From Balanoglossus misakiensis (lineage: Eukaryota > Animalia > Hemichordata): a stretch of DNA of 64,000 bases. How positions within the stretch are numbered: the first letter of the stretch is position 1; the number at the start of each line of letters is the position of its first letter. The DNA lies in NCBI GenBank assembly GCA_040954595.2, contig CM082587.2:5444206-5508205 (forward strand), in the 5' to 3' direction. This document shows positions 11,601-36,515 of this stretch, piece after piece. The position numbers and the translations under genes are program-made. The notes under the pieces were generated by a model. The model was not told where the DNA came from, did no database searches, and saw only the letters and a program-made list of their open reading frames with translations.

Positions 11601-11993
11601 AACTATGTGACTAAAAACTTAATTTATTCTATTGTTAGAAATTTGGTATACAGGTTTCTATAGGTGATTTTGTGGGCATTGTATTCTTTTCAAATTGTAG
11701 CAACTGGAAGATGGTGGTGTATCAGCCAAATTTATCCTCGTGCCCGGAAAAGATCACTTCAACATTATGCATGCTATGGCTGAGGAAGATTACTCACTGA
11801 CACAGGTAGATGGTCTAAATCTCAATTTACCATGGTAACTGTAGCTAAATTTGCGTAGGTGACCCCGTATACCTTTAAGTGATAATGTTTTGTACCAATC
11901 TTTATACTGATTATTTTGCTTTGCTTTGGTGTTCAGGAGCTGTTGAAGCTGATAGCCACAGCAACAAAGACGACAGAAAATGGATTCCAGTGA
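8647..11993 (+). CDS. AFMID: kynurenine formamidase (arylformamidase), about 11 small exons
   Basis: The spliced product reads MTSEAE|DLELQYSPSRW...VFIFIYGGYWQ...YTIAPEGTLKQMV...GGHSAGGHLAAM...LLSGVFDVTPLV...ALGEHDPPAF...GKDHFNIM...ELLKLI. Nucleophile GHSAG plus Asp and His triad candidates; GT-AG sites at the junctions. Confidence 0.88.
8759..8830. mobile_element. 72-bp palindromic MITE with 32-bp perfect TIRs and a 9-bp TSD
   Basis: tagctctgcgtggcagggctgtgttgttacgg / 8-nt loop / exact reverse complement; caataattg on both sides (8750-8758 and 8831-8839). Confidence 0.85.
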
Positions 11994-13441
11994 TCCAGTG
12001 AAACAACAGTTAGTGTTGTGTATAATTTTCATCATTTGATCGTCATGACGCCAAGTGTCAAAGGAGTGTGGCAATGTGTCATTTTAACCTTTAGCAGCCA
12101 ATCTGGGACTTTGCTCAAATGATCTGTATACAGGCAGGTGACCTTCATGAAACAGGTTGGATAATTTATTTGTTATTTGACAATTGGGCATTATCAGTCA
12201 AATTTTTATCAAGCTGTCTGGCAGGGAACACATTTCTGATGTACGTACACTTATCCACACACGAAAACAGGATTGATAATTTAAAATTCAACATATCATT
12301 ACGTGCACTATTCGTACTGGGTACTTATTTTTCCTGATGATGACTTAATTTCTCTGTCATAATTAAGAAGAAAAAGTACATACTGCAATACACATGAAAA
12401 TCTTTACAGGGTCTGTTGTACAAGAGATTTCAGGACATGCGATGTATTGTGACTTCATCAATGCAAAAAGATTTTTGTAAACAGTGCAATAAAATTTTAA
12501 TGTTGTATAATAGGAAGAAAACATATTCTCGAAATTGTCAGATTTCTCTGTTCATTCGAATGTTTAGCTTTCATTTCACTGGTTTATATCAATCGGAATA
12601 AAATCGGGTCTTTTCATTTGCTGATTCTCCGCTGTTCTGTTATCTTTTGTGTGTATGTTTGCGCTATAAAAAACAGAACACTTGTATTCTTTAAATACTT
12701 TATTTACATAGAAAGCATTTAAACAGGGGACATTAATTCCAATAGCATGTCTGTAAATTGGTGATTGTACAACTGTCACCATCAAATCAAACTACTGTCT
12801 AAATGAATACAGTATCATTTCTTAAAATCAATAGGCGGGGTCTCCACATTATTTTGTACTTTTTGCCAACTTAACCAGTTAACGATTAACATTCCATTTC
12901 AAAACAGGAGAAAAGTATAGCTGTAATGACTGTTATTATCGAAGATGGATTTTAGTCACTGAAATTAATTTTCAACAATAGTTAACAATATATGCTGCTT
13001 GTACATGCCCAGGTTTTGGCCTGATCTTAACTAACAGGGAAAATGAGAAATCTACAAAGTTACCACAACCATAAAAACTGCTGGCTTGAAACGGCTGACG
13101 TTTTGGGTTGCACCTCATAACACATACTGATAAGCATCTATCTACAACATGGCAAGGCAAAGATGACACACTTTATCACAATATTTTACTTAGTGTTTAA
13201 TGAATTCGTGTCTGTCGGCATTGTATAACTTTTTTTACAGGTCCTAGCAGAGGTAAATACAGAATCACCCACACAAAAAGTCCAGTTGAAAATGTTGCTT
13301 CTAATTATTCAAAGTATTACACATATGAGATGGTATGCCATAGTTTAAACACACAGTCTTCTATTAGTGATACACAGCCAGAAAAGCACAGACATCGGTT
13401 ATGATCTGAACACCTCAGAGCAGTTGATGTAATGCGCTCAA

Positions 13442-16061
13442 TTACTGTGGAAGGCCGTAAGCAGGTCTGGTTTTGGGGAAGGCAAACGCCCACCTGCGCA
13501 ACCAACTAGTCTCTTTCTTGTGGTCAGAATCGGGCATGACCTGCAAAATAAAAATAGGGTACAGAAAAATGAAAGTCCTTCCCAGCATCTCAGCAGTAGG
13601 CACAGAGATTATTTGCGTACTATTATTTCCTTCACTCACAAACTGAATTCGGAGCAAAACACAGCTACAACCCACACTATGAACTACCGGTACATGCAAC
13701 TCACCTTGTCGACTTTATGGACATGAATCAATCCATCATTTCCAATGTAAAAGGTTGAAAACGCATCATAATACCTGCAATATGGCAGAGACGTAGCTGT
13801 TACTTGGGAAATCCAGATATTTTACATTAAAACACAGCAGAGTTTAACCGGACAGAGTTGCCAGCTTGTGGTGGTTATTTTAGAGTCTTTTCAACGACAG
13901 GCTTTTATGTTGTTCTACTACTCAATAAAACATGTTTGATTCCATACATACGCATGAGTATTTCCATCACTCAATTTTTGGTCAGTACATGCTGCCTTGT
14001 TACCTGTAGTACGGGTTTTTATCCTTTTTGTGCAGTTTCAGCAACCAGGTGTGGAACGGGAGAGCCTTGATCCGCCATCTTGCTTGGATACTGCTCTCTT
14101 CCGGGTGCACTGTGATCTTCAAGACTTCCAGCTCAGCGTCCATGAAGTACAGCAGACTGGTGAATTTCAAGGCCTTCACTATTCCTTCATAAGTCCCTCT
14201 CCCGCTGAAAAGAACAATGATAGCTGTTCTGCTGATACCCAGTTTTCTTTTTTACAGAATACAATTTGTGTGTGTTCAGAAAGCACTCACAGTAGGTAAA
14301 AGTCATATGAGACAAAATCTGAACTTACTGAGTTTTCAGACCCAAAAACTGGTTATGAAACTCCAAATTTTCCGAATAAATGCTAAAATCATGCGGTTTG
14401 ATGTAAAACTTCGGCATCTGAAATGAGAGAAGCTCGCAAAAAAGTTAGAAGATTGAATGAAAAGTTTTGAAAATGACAGACAGCTCTAGACCACAATCCA
14501 CCAACACATATGTCATACACGTAGATACGACAATCTGATAAAGGTCAAAGGTCAAATCATAAGGGGTAAACTGTGCAAGCGAAGCACCCTATATACACAT
14601 CACCTCATCACACAGCTTGTGGTACATTATTGCCAACTGCTCCTTTGAGGGCTTCCTGAGGCCATTGCTGTTGTCATCGACAGGCTGGGTCTGCAACTTC
14701 AGGCCGTCAGCTGCCACACCATGCCGCTGGAGATCCCTGCACGCAGACATTTTGAAGGCATTGTCCGTCCAGCTTGCTGCTGGAACTTTGCAATACTCCG
14801 AGTCTAAAAACGTCACCGGGTAGTTCTGTCGACTGATGATGCTGTTGTCACCGTCGAACGAGTTCCTCCGACGGTGTCGAATGATGATGTCGTCAGACGA
14901 AGCCTCTCTCGGCTTACTGACACTGTTCACAATTTCCTGCACGTGCAGCCACTGGATCAAGCTCGACAGCTTCTGCGCAGCGTTTTTGAGGTCGTCGCAT
15001 CCCGCCAAGTCCATCAGGGTGTTCGGGCCGCTCTTTCGACTCACAGCCGGTAAATAGGTCTTGAGCGCACCGGTGTGGCACAGCAAGTCTGATTTGTGGT
15101 GTACGTACACCGCAGGTAGGTTGTTTATGTCGCGGTAGTTCACGTTCGATTTGGCAAACACGTCCGTTGCACCCCCAGCTCCGTTACTGGGGAAAGTCCT
15201 GTGCATTGACCGGCCGTGTCTGCACCTTGTTTTCCTTCTCTCAGAGTAGATGCCATTGACAGTGAAGTAGTTCGTTGCCACTGTGCACCTTGCACCCTGG
15301 AAATAAAATAAAAACAAAACTGCATCAATCATAAATCATACACCTGAACGAGTCTGCCCGATTCACACCTGTGTTCAGCTGGTTGCTCTGCTGCAATATG
15401 CAAATTAATACACATGATTTATAATCAGGGCAGTGGCTTTACAGAGGCCTGGAGAAAGGTCAATGAGGGTCACCCTGTTTTCCAACATTCAGATCATTGT
15501 CAACAATAACAATGCATGATAGTTGATATACAGCGAGTTCAATACTATGTTCCAATATGGCCCCACTGACAAATAAATATCTGTACATTTGACACAGTGA
15601 AGCGGCCACACAAACCACACAACAATGGCAAGTGCACATTCCTGAAGATTGGCTTTTCAAATTCCATGTTCGACCGAGCTGTCATCAGCATGATCATGTC
15701 CCCCGTGATATGATGCGTCTGATGACTGCTTGGGTAAAATTGTTTTAATGTATTAGAGTTTCCCTTGATATTTTGAATATGATGCATCTACAATGACTAA
15801 TACCATGCAACCGATGCACTATGTCCATGGTCCACTGGGCCTGATGAACCTTAGGACGTGAGGATCGCTATGGTTGCCATCGAACTGTGTGAAGTTCACG
15901 CAAACACGTTGGCCACTCACATCGATATCCTGCTTGCTGTCGCTCAGAAACTTGCTCTGGAAGCGTCGCACGAGGTGAAACCTCCGGTTCACGCTGCACG
16001 TCACCACGGTGGGTAACAATTTAGTGTACTTGGAACTTTGCATGTCCAAAAGATACCACAT
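13442..16061 (-). CDS. C6orf136-like protein (DUF2358-type), 6 coding exons
   Basis: Exons 16061/16043-15921, 15296-14604, about 14417-14331, about 14205-14004, about 13773-13704 and about 13540-13442. The C-terminal part reads PSKEQLAIMYHKLCDE|MPKFYIKPHDFSIYSENLEF...LEVLKITVHPEESSIQARWRIKALP...YYDAFSTFYIGNDGLIHVHKVDK|VMPD, which fits the C6orf136 family. Confidence 0.8.
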
Positions 16062-16299
16062 TTCGACAGACTATTTACATCCCGAAACAGTACTGCGGAT
16101 GTGGAACACCTACATAGTTTGTTGTTTCTCTTCTCCAAAGGTCCGCCTAAGCCAACAGATAAAAGCAAAACTCACTGTGAATGTTCTTATTTGAACTCAC
16201 CAAAACTGTAGTTAAAGCCACGTACAATTATGTATTCAGTAAATAAAATGGCAATGATATGTTCAAAGTGTGAAATTTTCCGAAGGAAATTACTTTTTA

Positions 16300-16552
16300 A
16301 CAAATATGCAACATTGTTGGTTTCGTTTGCGGTTTTTATAGATCATTTCAGGGGGGTCGGACAAAGGAAGCCATCTTGACCGCGGAAATCCATGTGAGAG
16401 ACGCGCGCTCTTGGTAAATATTGAATATTTTAGTTGATTTCACCATATGTGGTACATTTAACATAAGAAAACAGTCTGTTGAAAGGAGACCGTGGGGGAG
16501 GCAGGGTCTCATCGACTTTGTTGGTCCCTTTCCTGTTAATTTCCCTGGCAAT
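16300..16552. promoter_or_regulatory. bidirectional promoter between the C6orf136-like gene and NELFB
   Basis: The divergent start codons are under 500 bp apart; there is a YY1-type motif gccatcttg at about 16370-16378 and a local CpG-rich patch. Confidence 0.5.
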
Positions 16553-18853
16553 ATGTCCGGTCTTGAAGAAGTTGGTATTGCAGGTAGCGATTACCTGCGC
16601 GAAGCCCTCACCAACTGCACGGACCCACTGGCGGCGATCGAAGAATTCCAGGTGGAAAATGGGATTCTTCTGCCGACGCTGCAGCCTGCGCTGCCACTGT
16701 TGGACTTGCACAACATAAACAGATTGGAGTTTCACGAGTCGGTCATGGAGGAACTGAGAGAAAAGCTGATAGAGAGAATCGACGACCTATCCAAGAAGGA
16801 AGGGAAGGAGACCACGGCCAAGATAGAGGAACTTCTGGAGAAGAGTTTCCCGCTCATCAGGATCGACGCAGTTCAACCCATCGTGATGACACTGATGAAG
16901 TACTTGACGCAAGTCCCGGAGAAGTATCTCCAGGTCTTGGTGGAAGACACGGCGCTGTACAAGAAAGCTTCCGTTGAAGTGAAGCGACAGATCTGGCAGG
17001 ACAACCAGTCATTGTTTGGAGACGAGGTGTCCCCACTTCTCTCAGACTACATAAGAAACAAGGAGAAACATCTCGTTGGCAACGAGAGCCTAAGTGCCCA
17101 CTCGTTCTTTGCGTCGTCGCCCAAGCAACGCCGACAAGGAGAAGTCGTCATTAAACTCACAGACATGGTTGGGAAAAACATAAAGTTGTACGATATGGTG
17201 CTGCAGTTCCTAAGGACGTTATTCCTGAGGACACGAAACATACACTACTGCACGTTAAGGGCGGAGTTACTGATGTCTCTCCACGATTTAGAAGTTCACG
17301 AAATATGCTCCGTGGATCCCTGTCACAAATTTACCTGGTGTCTCGATGCCTGTATAAGGGAAAGGTTTGTGGATGAAAAGAGATCGCGAGAGCTGCAGGG
17401 ATTCTTGGATGGAGTGAAAAAAGGGCAGGAGCAAGTCTTAGGGTATGTGTATTTTGTGTTTTTAGCTACATCGTATTATCATTGACTGGATCAAAGTGAA
17501 TGCAGGCAGTACATATATTGCTAATATTCATTTCCTTATCAAGAAATACCCCACACCCAATGTGTCGGTGGACCGAGAGTCATCAATATCAATTTGTTCT
17601 CTCCAGGGATTTGTCAATGATTTTATGTGACCCCTTTGCTATACATACGTTGGCATCCAGTGCTATGAAGATACTTCACCAGCTCGTGAACACAGACACC
17701 TTACCAAGGGTAAGTAATAATCATTTGCAATATTCACTATTTTTGCATCCATCCATTCATTGTTGCCTCTATTAATTCACACGTGTATCTGATATCTATG
17801 AAAACAGGAAAATCAAGATCTTGTTTTGCTGGTGAGGATGCTAACACTTGGATTGGGGGCGTGGAATATGATTGACAACCAACAATTTAAAGAACCCAAA
17901 TTGGTAAGTGAGACTCAATTCTATGGGGAAACGTACAGTACATGTACAAGGGGGAACTTGGCATGACAAACCACATAACTGGCATTCCTGGCTTTATACT
18001 GCCGTTGTAAAACCTGCATTAAGTCGGAGTTCTTTGACTTCATGCAGGACAACGAACTGATGCTGAAGTACATGCCGGCGATCGTCAGCTTCATCGTGGA
18101 CGACCACATGCGGAACATCAATCGCCGCATGGGCGAGAACGACACCAACACCAACTCGCTGCCGGCCGTCTACTTCCACTGCCTGAAGAAGAGCGCCGTC
18201 GCTTTCGTGATGGGCGTCTACTACGTGCTCTACGTGGCCAAGCAGCGCAACCGCCCGGCGGTGTGCCGCGTGCTGCCGTCCCTCCTCAAGGGCGACGGCG
18301 AGCGGTCGCTGGACGACACCTGCCTCCACTCGGTGGTGTCCTCCCTGCTGCTTCTGTCGGACGACTTCGGCTCCGAGGAGTTCTGCGCCGTGGTGTTCGA
18401 CGAGTTCTTTCTGCCGGCGCTGAGCATGGAGTCGGCCTGCCGTCACCTGCTGAGGCTTCTCCATTTTGTCTACCGGAAGCTGCCGGCGCCCGTCTTGAAC
18501 AGATTAGTTGAAAAGCTAGAGCCGAGCTCTGAGGTAAGATTATAGTTTGATTTTGAAAAGAATCAATTGTAAAGTCTACTTTTAATAACAATGAACAAAA
18601 CAGGCATATTTTGATTTTTGTTGTCACGTGCACATGCAGGTAATGCTGGTTTGTCGAGTGTCAAAAAATATTGACATAAGAGTCTTTTCTGAAATTTTGT
18701 ATTTTTCAGCAAAGTCAAGTAGTCCATGAGATGTATCAATCGCTTACAGACAAGATAATAGACTCTCACACTGCCAGCCCCGAAGATACGACCACGGACG
18801 ATGCTATAAATACATTGCCTCTGCCAACACCTGCTCCAATGACACCGTACTAG
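16553..18853 (+). CDS. NELFB: negative elongation factor B (COBRA1), 5 exons
   Basis: MSGLEEVGIAGSDYLREALTNCTDPLAAIEEFQVENG...FLRTLFLRTRNIHYCTLRAELLM...DPCHKFTWCLDACIRE. Exons 16553-17442, 17607-17709, 17808-17903, 18048-18533 and 18710-18853 splice in frame. Confidence 0.95.
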
Positions 18854-19683
18854 AGAGAGAGTGTGTGTGTGTGTGTGTATGTGTGCATGCAGTCACACCC
18901 TACAATCGGAAAAGTACATTCCAGCCAATTTCTGTAACGAGTAAGCCACGCTTGTCGATTTTCCTGTCATTCAAGGAAGTTTGAAAATGTGGGAAGATTG
19001 TCCAACATTAACAGTAGAATGTATATTATTTAATGGTCTTTCACTCGACAACCTTGAAAAATCCAAGCATTTTGCCATTTTGTTCTTGTGGTTACATATT
19101 TTTGCAATTTTGTTCGCATCACATCATGTAAGTAAATTATTCCATGCAGGTGTATTCTGGTTTGATTGTCTGTTTGTCCATAAATGCATCCATAAGTCAT
19201 TCTTTCTGTATGTCTGTCGGCAGCCATTACATAAACATGTCTGCACTCTCAGTGTCTGAATTCATTCACAAAGTTTACTCAAAGATAATGTGGACTACAT
19301 CAATAACTTTCATAATGTATGGCCAGCAGTGGGCCAATGTGTACGATTATTTTTCATATCTGAAGTCATATTACTATAGTGTCTCTCACTAGATTTGTTC
19401 ACAGTAGACATGTGTAATTTTTTGTCGATATTAATGTTTTTATTTTAATCTCATTGCTTTTTTTAAAGTTCAAAGATGGGAATTTTCAAGTTTCCAGACA
19501 ATACGTTGGAAGGAAATACTGATGAACACTGTCAGTTGTTAGAAATAAAATGTAAAAGATAAATTGAATTCAGTATTAAAGTTCTGCCAGTGCCTGAGTT
19601 GATCGTAGTTTGTTGACTTTGTGTGAGTGATGTCTGGGATCCTAGGCTCTGATGTCGATGGTCCATGACGTCATGTCGTGAGT

Positions 19684-31122
<11,439 letters not shown>

Positions 31123-34100
31123 GATGACGTCTTCTTAAATCCCGTTCAGAAGAGAATGCTGATTTTTCTTCTCATTTCAGACCTTGTGATGAAATGTAAA
31201 TCATAGTTAGTTGGAATGTTAGTACAATGTAGTTCACTGTATGCGATATAAACTTACTTAAACACTTGAAAAAATGCATTATTAGACAGACAGACAAAAT
31301 GCTGTCATAGTCTATTTCTATTTTAACAAGGGTGAATGCAATATATATTTTCCTTTTCAAATCCTTATTTACCTTGGTTTTTGTGTTCTTTATCTCCAAC
31401 GCAAAAATATTTATGAGATGGTCCGCTTATAGCCTGAGGCTTGTTAGCAACATATATCAATGTGGTAATGGACAATTCATGGTTTGTTCGATTGGCAATG
31501 ATAGCACGCAATATGAAAGTTAACTGCTGTTACAGTATCATATTTTTTTCGAACATTCGACAGCCGGGTGAAGGCTAAGTTCTCAGCCATATCCCCAACA
31601 ATTATGATTCAAAGGTTAGCATGCAATACTTTACGAATGTAGCTACAGCATAAAGCGATGCGCATAATGTTTCAATAGAAGAGAACCACCCCGAATTTTT
31701 CTTCTCGTGATATTGGTTTTAGAAGTCTCATCAGTCACCAGAAATGAATGAATGTAAATAATTTTTCCAGCAGAACAAAATTCCGCAATGTGGGAGATAT
31801 TCATTCGCAATGGAATCACAGTGACGTTGTTGTTACAGTACAGTCGCATGGCAATGCGTCACTGACGTTTCAAGTTTCATGTAAACTCTCGAGACAGTAT
31901 TTTTTCCTATTTGTTCAATCTTCGTCTTGAGATTGAGTTCCATGACAGATATTGGAAATCGATGTATTTTTTCTCTTTCTTTATCGTGCGTATCAGGTAT
32001 AGAATTGCAGTCGTATTCGTGAAAATTTTCGTCATCATTTTGAGAGTATTTAGGTTCATATCCGTTCCCTCTTTTCACGTTTCAACGTTCGCTATGCTAT
32101 GTAAATCAAACGACGATAAATGAAGACCTGCGGCAGATTTAACCAACAAGAAATGTGTTTATCCGAACATGTGAAAAATGCCAAGTTGGATTAAAAGAAT
32201 TGACAACCTTACATAATTTACACATCCATGCGAGAACCAGGGTTAGCAAGGGCGTTAATAGCTAGGTTTCAGACACCTCATGTATGAATAGAAATGTATG
32301 CATTGTGACATCTGCATAATAACGAGAGGTACAGTTCAACCATTGCCCATATGTGTAGACTTTGCAGCGGTGTCTTTCAGATAATGGATTCGTGAGGTGT
32401 GCAAAATAGTTGACAAGTCCCATCTGCTACTAACAGACAACCTTCATCCGAGGCTATAATAAACGCAGAAAATTTAAATAAATAGTTTGTATTACTGTTA
32501 ACACGCACAGAACCAATGACAGTCAAGCGTCTTCGAGGTTCAGATGTTGTCATTCATGAAATTTACACTAAGTGCTGCCAATCGGCAACCATTTTTATAT
32601 AAGAGTAACTTAACACCGCACAGAAAAAATAAGGCTGGTAGCCACATTAAAACTTCCTTCTCAAGCAAACGTTTGCATGATCTGCGTCGGTCTGCGGAAC
32701 TTTCGCCTGGCGTCACGTTTCTTCCAGCACTGTGTATATTTCTGCCGTAAAATCGACAGACCTTCGATGCGTTGATATCTCCTCAATTTCAATGTTTGCC
32801 GTCACTTTCGAGCGGATCTTTACTCACAATCATTCAATATTGAGTTATTGCACGATTTCCTTTCACTCAGTCCCGGTAATAGATCGCCGTAGCTTAACAA
32901 AATATTTGATTGGCGTATACGCTATTACTGTGATCCAAGCCGCCTCAGTTAGCTAATTATGCAAATTGAGATGTTGGAATATTATATCCAAAGGTGTGCA
33001 GTCGTCCGCGTTTCCTGCTCGTATTTTACAAATGTCAGGAAACCGCTTTACGGCATTTTACTTTGCCATCGATTGCTACTTAAGAATACAGTTGAAGCAA
33101 ATTGGGTGTTTATTTACTTACCCATTATTTCAGCCAGTCTGTGTTTGTATTTCAAGTGCCGTTGGTCAAAGCCCCATGAGCTTTTTTGCATTATTTTCAT
33201 GATTTTTTTACTTTTGCTCTTAGATTGGTTCAGTTAAATGAGCTAGCACATTTGTGGGTGTATATATACACGTAAATCGTTGCACCGTGCAACAATATCC
33301 AAACACGAAACGAGCGTATCTCACGCCAGAATACTGTGGGGGGGGGGGGGGGGACATTGAGCATAGGTATTTACCATCTTGCGCTGATAGTGCTGGCAGA
33401 ATGTGATTAAAGCCTACAATTGGGTTTGAACACGACGTATTCTTATGATATTACCAGTGATATAACCAATGATATAATAACATAATTTGCAATCGGTCTC
33501 CAGTATGGAACAACGGCTTGTCCACACAATCAAATAGCCAGATTTGTTTTGCAACAGGGTCAACAGGTGCCGGTTGTCATGGCGACTATACCGTCGAGTT
33601 TTAAGCATGATTTGTTGCTACAGTAGAATTCGTTTACAGTTGGTGCACCTAATGTGCGGATGCGGTGCAACCTCGCGAAAAGCTGATGGCTGTATGCGGT
33701 AGCAATTTTAGCATATATCATTAGCACGTGACCCTCTCCCCGAACACATTTAAGTGAAGCCCTACCCGAATATAGAGACTCACGTTTCTTGGTATGCACT
33801 GTATCGCGATTATGACGAGGATTGGAAAACTCTCGATTTTCCTCCCTTTTCAGTGATTTGTGCTGTATACGTTCAGAGCATGTATCGCGCGAATAGCTTT
33901 GAAAGCCGAGTTAATCGCCAAGCGGGAGCACAGATGTTGGGAAAGGATGTTTAGCTGGGGGGTCAGGAAGGTGTGCCACTGTAGTATGAGAGTATAACTT
34001 CTGTCATGGTAAAATATCAAATGATAAATTTAAAGGTCTGCGTCGTTGTCTTGACACTGAAATGCACCTGTGGCAGCAGCCTTCACATATCGGTCGGTCG

Positions 34101-36515
34101 ACTATATAGTTAATGAAAGCATTTTCTGATGCATTTGTCATGTAATCCAGACAAACAGTTTGACAGACAGGAAATTAAATGGCCTTAATTTGTAAAATCT
34201 TTCTGAGCTCGTCGATGGGAATAACAATACATAAATGACGGAAACTACCTTCCTTTGACTAATTTACATTCCGTTTAGACTAGTCATATGTTCGTTTCCC
34301 TCTGAGAATATTGTCATACATCCCACGATTAAAAGCAATCTTCTGTTTTAGTTCTGCGTGGCAAAAAATTGTTAAAGAATTTCATCTTAGGGTACAGACA
34401 CCCTAGCGTTATAGTAGAAAAAAAGTGTCGTCTATTATTGCTAGGCGTTTTTATTTTTTTAACCTTCTTATGAGGGAACATCATACTAGGAAAGATATGA
34501 ATATCACTATAACATACGCCTTTTTGTAATTCTGTTTTTTATATGACTCACAACATATGTTGATTAATACGGGCAGTAGTCGTGCGCTCTGTGAAAGGAA
34601 AGCCGTCAGTGCTGATTTCACGACTTTCTCTATAATTCTATAAGCTGATGATCCTCGTGGGTCCACGCATAAGCGGATAGTCACCTCAAATGTCCAGCAG
34701 CGAGACATTTGCATGCTTAATGGCAATCGGCTATACAACAGGTCACCAATGGAAAATAATTACACGTATAGATCCCAGAGAATTCCAAAGCTATGTTACG
34801 TTGTCGTATGTGACATCAAAACAGGCCCATTAATCATTATAATTCATGGTAAATGCTAATTACTAGATCTAAACGAATAGAAAAACTATCGCAATTAAAA
34901 AAAATGTCACCTTGCACCACTGATATCAGGTAGCGTGTCAGGAATGAATAGGTGTACTCACAGTCCCTCTGACCTACCTGTCGCGAGCGTGTGGCTGTTA
35001 TCGGTCGGTGAGGGACGCTCCCTCCCAGTCGGGCATCAATTTGGAATTGCCGGCGACGGAGCTCGAAGCGGGTTGTGCGTTTATGTGACGACTATAGGTC
35101 GATGCTAACACAGAAGCCGTTATCCTGTGATACGCGGCCACGCTGAACGCCGGGGACTGCAGGTTATGGCAGGTGCATATACGGATTGATTGCTCTCGCC
35201 TTTCAACTGTAGTCGCCGGCACCGTGGAAAGTGCTTCAGGGAGGAAGCCGATACCCGCAATTAACTCGCTGTATTTGTTGTACTCCGGCTATCAACGCTC
35301 GCAGTAACTGGCACTTTCACTCAGCAAACACGCGAGTCGGCCTGCCGCGGTATAAGCAGCTGAACCAATAAGCAAAATCATACCGCAGCCAACTTTCCGG
35401 ATGTCGCTGTGCTGGGGAGTTCGAGCGAAGTTTTCCGTCACCACGGCAACACAGAGTAGCCGAACTGCGTAGCTATATATATATATGAAAGTAATTTGGC
35501 GACTAATAGCATTAATTACAATACATGTACAGTGTAGTATACACCCAACATTGCTTCGATTATGACATTAAGATGAATTGTTTAATATGATTACAGTGTG
35601 TAATGGGATATTTGAACATTTTTGTTGCACCATCAATACCACGAAAGAATAAGCATATCACCACGGAAAATCCATTGTCCCTATTTACATACAAACAGGG
35701 TGAAACTCATTATGGATGACTGTTGTCATTGAAATCCGTCACATTTAATTAATTTTTCATGCATAATTTATAAGCTCTATACAACTTTAGTCAGACTTCA
35801 GACATATATACAGAATCGACCTCTCCCATATTGCAACTTGTGATGGCGCTTTTGAAGCCTTTCCTCAAACTGGCCAGTCTCGCCCGATTATCATCTCACT
35901 GCACGAAGGAATTCTTTCGTGAAGGCAGTGTCAATATACTAGTAAGACAAACAGACAGTAGGCTATGAAATTGACGGGAAGTTATTTGGTATGATCCAGA
36001 ATCTAATGGGAACTCTGTATGTTTTGAATGTATCTGTGCGCGTAATTTTCACAACATCCATATTGCTGGAACCCAATATAATAGATAATTGCTGGGTAAC
36101 ACAAAATTGTTCTCATAGACAAATTCGTGTATTTGTATTTGTATAGATGTCGAATACTAATCGTTAATCATTAGCTTTCTGCATGTTCTACTTTTTTCTG
36201 CCAAACCTCGAGATTAAATTTCCATATGTGCAATTAAGTTCTCGCTCTGCGTTATGATAAATAAATTAACCAGATATAACAATCATGTGTTTCGTGGTAT
36301 TTTCAGAAACGGAAGAATTGTTTGCTGTCTTGAACCGATCGTCCCCTTTTTGTTCCACCATGACGTCACTCACCGCTTTTGGAAAGACTGCGGTCCGACT
36401 TCGACCCGACCCGGGCAGTACGGTGTTCAATTGTTGTTCAGATTTGAAGGCATCGAGTTTCCGCTGCCCCGAGATTCCGCGCCATCTCATTGAAGCGACA
36501 TCTGCGACGGACAAA

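Noticed and set aside
17994-18633. Overlapping antisense and alternative-frame ORFs on NELFB exon 4
   Set aside because: Expected from stop-codon depletion in very GC-rich coding sequence.
31200-34900. Many short ORFs upstream of TMC
   Set aside because: No recognisable motifs or coherent exon chain; treated as intronic or intergenic.
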